NCBI RefSeq assembly: GCF_009914755.1
Contig: NC_060930.1
Reading direction: 5' to 3' (one strand)
Length of the DNA stretch: 64,000 nt
DNA from: the human T2T-CHM13v2.0 reference genome, Homo sapiens
The notes under the pieces are model-generated. The model did not search any database. It saw only the letters and a program-made list of their open reading frames with translations, and was not told the DNA's origin. Each line of letters opens with the position of its first letter. Within the stretch, counting starts at the first letter, position 1. This document shows, in pieces, positions 56,998-64,000 of this stretch. The position numbers were made by a program, and so were the translations under genes.

Positions 56998-57581
56998 ATG
57001 CCGCTCTGATTTATAAGTGTCCATGCTTTCTTGACTTTTATCCTCCTGTAAAAGTCCTAACCAGAACTTTGAGCTCAGCTGTGCAAGTACAGAAAAATCA
57101 CACTGTGGGGGAAAATGCGAGCATCAAAGTTAATTTGCTTTCGTGTTGAATTCACATTTATCACAAAGACAATAGAGTGAGTCCAATAACCCATTCTAAA
57201 TGACGTATTTCCAGTCTAGTTTGTTTCTTCTTACTTGTGGTCACGCTGTTGACCCCAGCCTACAGGGCATGCCACTTTTCCCCTCAAGGGCAAAGAAGCC
57301 TCTAATTGTTGAGGATATTACAAATACACGATTGTGTCTGCATCTCCCTGTTGCATTCCACCTAAGTATAGTAAGAACATTGCCCCATATTCAGCTTAAA
57401 CTATGAGAGGGAATTTCAGGAGGGGTTTAATAGCAGTCAGTCTCTTTCCCCTGAGAACCTATTTTCAGAGGAATTATTTGTCCCTCACTCCCTATTAATA
57501 GTGCAATAACATCCTCCTGCTTCTGTTTTTTGACAGGATTCTAGGCTGGTGTGACCAGACTATGCTTTCAGCATCCACTCA

Positions 57582-57924
<343 letters not shown>

Positions 57925-58006
57925 TTAATAGCATGACCCTGGGTAAGTCGTTTCCTGTCTCTAGGCTGAGGTTTTCTCATCTATAAATGAAGGATTTGGA
58001 CAAGGT

Positions 58007-58198
58007 CAATGATGGGCTAGTACATTTTTTAACAATCAGCTCTTAGTGAAGTGGGAGGGGAGAGAAGCCTGATTTGTAGTGTTTGTCAGTTTCTGTGGTG
58101 TAAATAATCCCACTAAAGGCCCATTTCAAACTACCAATTTGAAGTAAACCGGCTTGAAAATATCCTGAAAATGAAGCCATTGGCTCTGGTGAGCCAGT
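58007..58198 (+). mobile_element. MER63-like hAT MITE lacking its right terminus
   Basis: GCCTGATTTGTAGTGTTTG...TGGTGTAAATAATCCCAC...TTCAAACTACCAA...TGGCTCTGGTGAGCCAGT. Confidence 0.7.
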
Positions 58199-58322
58199 TA
58201 TTTAAATTCTGAAGTTCTATGACATTGTATATGTGAAATCCGTTTCAGCCCTAAAATGCCACAGTTCTATGATTGCAACACTGGGTGATTCTTTAAATTG
58301 CCAGGATACACCCCAAACCTAA
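58181..58322 (+). repeat. Right arm of the small inverted duplication (46 bp shorter than the left arm)
   Basis: Matches the reverse complement of 56458-56645 apart from the 46-bp gap. Confidence 0.95.
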
Positions 58323-59228
58323 TTAACAGCATTCGCTTGCTGCCTCCGTGCACTGGCATCCTGATGAAAGCTGGCTTTGGTCCAGATTCGGAGCCAGATG
58401 CCGTGGAAGCAGAAGCTGCTCTGACGCTGTCGTGGCTGTGAGTTGGGGAACTCGGGCCTTGAAACTCACTCAATCAAGAGCTGCTCCTGCCTTCCCTTCT
58501 TTTGGTCAGGTGGGGATGATTCATTCCTGTGTTATTTCAGCCACTGTTTCCCAGGGTGCCTGGAAGCAGAGAAGGCCTGAGAGCTTGAAGCAGACAGAGG
58601 AAAAACAGGGAGAAGGAGGAGAAAGGGACCCGCCTTGGGTAGGGCCCCTGCTGAGTCGTGGGCAGGTGTGAGTCATTCCTCTCTGCTTCAGCAGCCACAC
58701 CTTTTGTCAAGTTCTGAATGCCAGGTGGAGAATCTGCCTAGACCAAGCGCCCTTGATCAAGTCAGAACAGGTTTCCTGAAAGATCATTCCCATTAAAATT
58801 AATGGAATCAGAATAGGCTGATCTTTTCTGTAATGTGACGTGTTTCTTTTCAACATGTTTCCTAAATGCTTAGAGAGACCCCCTAAAAATATAGAAGAGG
58901 GAGAAAAGAGGAAGAAGTGTGCTTTCACATCCCCAGGGCTCGGGACTAGAGAGAGAAGGTAGTTTTATATTATCCATTCCTGCCTTCCCAACCAACCACC
59001 TTACCAGCTTACCAAAGAACTGACCAGCAAGGACAGTGAAGAGTGTAATGAGCATGAATCCTCATGAGCTGCCATATTATGATCAAGATCTTTCCATTGA
59101 GTGTGTGTGTTGCTATTGAATTAAGAAGAAAAGGTCTAGAAGGGAAAGACTTGGCATATAACTAATTTCAAAGTCTTAGGGACACACTTTACAGCCATAA
59201 GGTTGGCAACTATTGAAAACAGAAACAA

Positions 59229-59681
59229 CTCCTCTCTCTGGTCCGTGTCTTCAAGATGATGAAGAAAAGAAGGAACAATAATTGTGCCAAAAAGAGCCGC
59301 GGCCACGTACAGCCTATTCGCTGCACAAACTGTGCCCTATGTGTGCCCAAGGACAAACCCATTAAGAAATTCGTCTCTCGAAACATAGTGGAGACCGCAG
59401 CAGTCAGGGACATTTCTGAAGCGAGCGTCTTCGATGTCTATATGCTTCCCGAGCTGTATGTAAAGCTACGTTACTGTGTGAGTTGTGCAATTCACAGCAA
59501 AGTAGTCAGGAATCGATCTCATGAAGCCCGCAAGGACCGAACACCCCCACCCCGTTTAGACCTGCGGGTGCTGCCCCACAACTGCCAGCAAAGTCCATGT
59601 AAAGAGCTGAGTCCTTAAAGACTGAAGACGAACTATTCTCTGGAAAAAAATTAAATGGAAATTGTACTTAAAAAAAAAAAA
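59229..59681 (+). pseudogene. RPS26P29: Processed pseudogene of RPS26 (probably RPS26P29)
   Basis: Full-length intronless copy with pyrimidine-rich 5' end, ORF 59256-59618 (KKRRNN...[10 protein letters not shown]...[16 protein letters not shown]) frameshifted after PPPR, poly(A) and 14-bp TSD GAAAACAGAAACAA (59215-59228, 59682-59695). The P29 number is recalled, not searched. Confidence 0.95.
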
Positions 59682-59886
59682 GAAAACAGAAACAAACAAA
59701 ATAATAATGGTGGGTGAGGGTGTGGAGAAATTAGAACCCTTGTGCATTGTTGGTGGAATGTGAAATGGTGTAGCCGGTGTGGAAAACAGTATGGGAGTCC
59801 CTCAAAAAAACTACACAGACGATTACCATATGATCCAGCAATCTCACCACTGGGGTTACATCCAGGAGAACTGAAAACAGAGTCTT

Positions 59887-60640
<754 letters not shown>

Positions 60641-61088
60641 TCAGCCTTAAATAGGAAGGAAATTCTGGCACATGCAACAACAAGGATGAACCTCGAGGAC
60701 ATTACGCTTAGTAAAAATAAGCCAGACACAGAAAAACAAATACTGGATGATTCCATTTATTTGAGATACCTAGAGGAGTCAGATTCATAGAGAGAGAAAG
60801 TAGAATGTGGGTTACCAAAGGCTAGAGTGGGGGAGGGGAATGGGAGTTATTGTTTAACAGGTACAGAGCTTCAGTTTGGAAAGATGAAAATGTTCTGGAG
60901 ATGGACGGTGGTGACGGCTGCACAATGTGTGAATGTGCTTAATGTCAGTGAACTGTACACTTAAAAACGGTTAAGATTTCTGTGAATGTGTCTTTTACCA
61001 CAATTTGGAAAATATTCTACACATATACATAAGAACGACAATAACCAAAAACGTTGGAGACAAACTCCCTGGAAAAAAAAAAACTCTC

Positions 61089-62140
<1,052 letters not shown>

Positions 62141-62840
62141 AATCATCGGACATCATGGTTGAAAGTCAACTAGAAGCTCTCCATGGGCAGTCTTATCTAA
62201 TTTATCTTTTTAAACTGGATCCAAAAAATGGAAACAATTTTCTGCCACATATTCACATCGATCCATACATGCATCATTGAGACCTACATATAAGTGGAGC
62301 AAAAACAAGCTACTATCTCTAGTCAGCATTCTTAACCTGTCTTCGTCGCTTATTCTGTATATCAGAGTCCTGCCTTTGTCGTCAGACAAACTGCCCTTGG
62401 AGCACAGGTGTTTTATGTTTATCAACACCATCAAAGATGAGACATTTGTTTTCTACAAGGAACTACCAGAATAATGTCAGCGGTGCTATGGTGTCCACAT
62501 AAACTTAAGAGGAAGGCCCGCAGGAGCAAGCCAGCTCTGCAGATAAGGCAGTGGTGATGGTAGAGTATGCCTGCATCCCCCAGGGTCCCACCCTGGGATA
62601 CATGGATCCTCCAAAGCCATTTCCGTGCTCCCGGCTGCAGCATCCAGCATGTCACCTTCAGGATATTTCCTGGGGAGTTCATCCAATGAGGGCACAAAAG
62701 GCAAGGACAGGGAGAAAAACAGAGAAACAATACTGGGAACACCTAATACGTGGCCTTGAAATCTTTGAAACAATAGTTAAGGATGCAATATGGCAAAATG
62801 TGAATGTGTGGGGTTGCAATGCCAGTGAATATTTCCAGAA

Positions 62841-63060
62841 CAGTGGTTCTCAAACCGGGGTGATTTTGCCCCTCCCTCTCTACTCCCCAGGGGACATGAG
62901 GCAAGACATTTTTGGTTGTCACACTGAAATGAGGTGCTGCTGTGTCTACTGCGTAGAGGCCAGGGATCCTGCAGAAAATCCTACAATCTACAGGACAGCC
63001 CTCCATAACAAAGAATTATCCCATCCAAAATGTCAATAGCACTCAGGTAGAGAAGTCCTG
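62841..63060 (+). mobile_element. MER20 hAT MITE
   Basis: CAGTGGTTCTCAA...GACATTTTTGGTTGTCAC...GTAGAGGCCAGGGAT...CAAAATGTCAATAG; degenerate 8-bp TSD TTCCAGAA/CTCTAGAA. Confidence 0.85.
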
Positions 63061-63177
63061 CTCTAGAACAACCAGAAGGGATGAAAGGAAATCATTTCCT
63101 CCTCAGTGAGGGAAGGATGGAAGAAAATAGCTATTACTATGGATGGTTACAGACGAGGCCCAAAGAAAAAGAATCTA

Positions 63178-63697
<520 letters not shown>

Positions 63698-64000
63698 AAG
63701 AATGCCCTTTGTATACTACTGGACATTTCTCAACTTTCTTACCCTTATATCCACACCCATACACCCACTACTGAGCAAAGGACACATTTATTTATCATCT
63801 TTTTGCAACAGAGATATCAACATTTAAAACTGGATTTGGTGAGGAGGGGAAAATTCCTTTATAAAAGTAAGACTTCTTCATTCAGACCTTCATCTGTGTT
63901 AGTCAGAACTTGTTTCCTATCTAGCTTAACATTCAGTAGGAATTTGCCCAAACATGAAATCATTTTAAACTTCACAGTGGGTTATACGTGTGGAAGCAGT

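Overview
Primate (almost certainly human) non-coding genomic DNA, very rich in Alus, with no intact protein-coding gene. It holds two processed pseudogenes with target-site duplications (TSDs): HNRNPL (33490-35745, minus) and RPS26 (59229-59681, plus). From memory, not a search, this pair about 25 kb apart fits HNRNPLP1 and RPS26P29 at 6p24.3, between RIOK1 and DSP. The rest is about 60 Alus, old L1M/L2/MIR fragments, solo LTRs (LTR12/ERV9, two LTR1-like, MER61-like, MER93-like, MLT1, MST) and DNA transposons (a full-length Tigger1 nested in a Tigger4b-like MITE, plus MER97, MER63, MER20 and MER5A). Repeat subfamily names are recalled from consensus sequences and some boundaries are approximate. 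Structure not explained by repeats: (1) a ~1.55 kb inverted duplication (22098-24238 / 29635-31489) whose arms look too similar for their Alu-dated age; (2) a near-perfect small inverted duplication (56458-56645 / 58181-58322); (3) three short direct duplications at 17-21 kb; (4) several template-switch scars; (5) a strongly diverged patch just downstream of the LTR12 promoter; (6) a non-canonical 5' segment in the HNRNPL retrocopy; (7) a repeat-poor RFX/AP-1/NRF1 motif island at 20.4-22.0 kb. I found no evidence of a novel coding system; long ORFs in the track are repeat-derived or pseudogene fragments.
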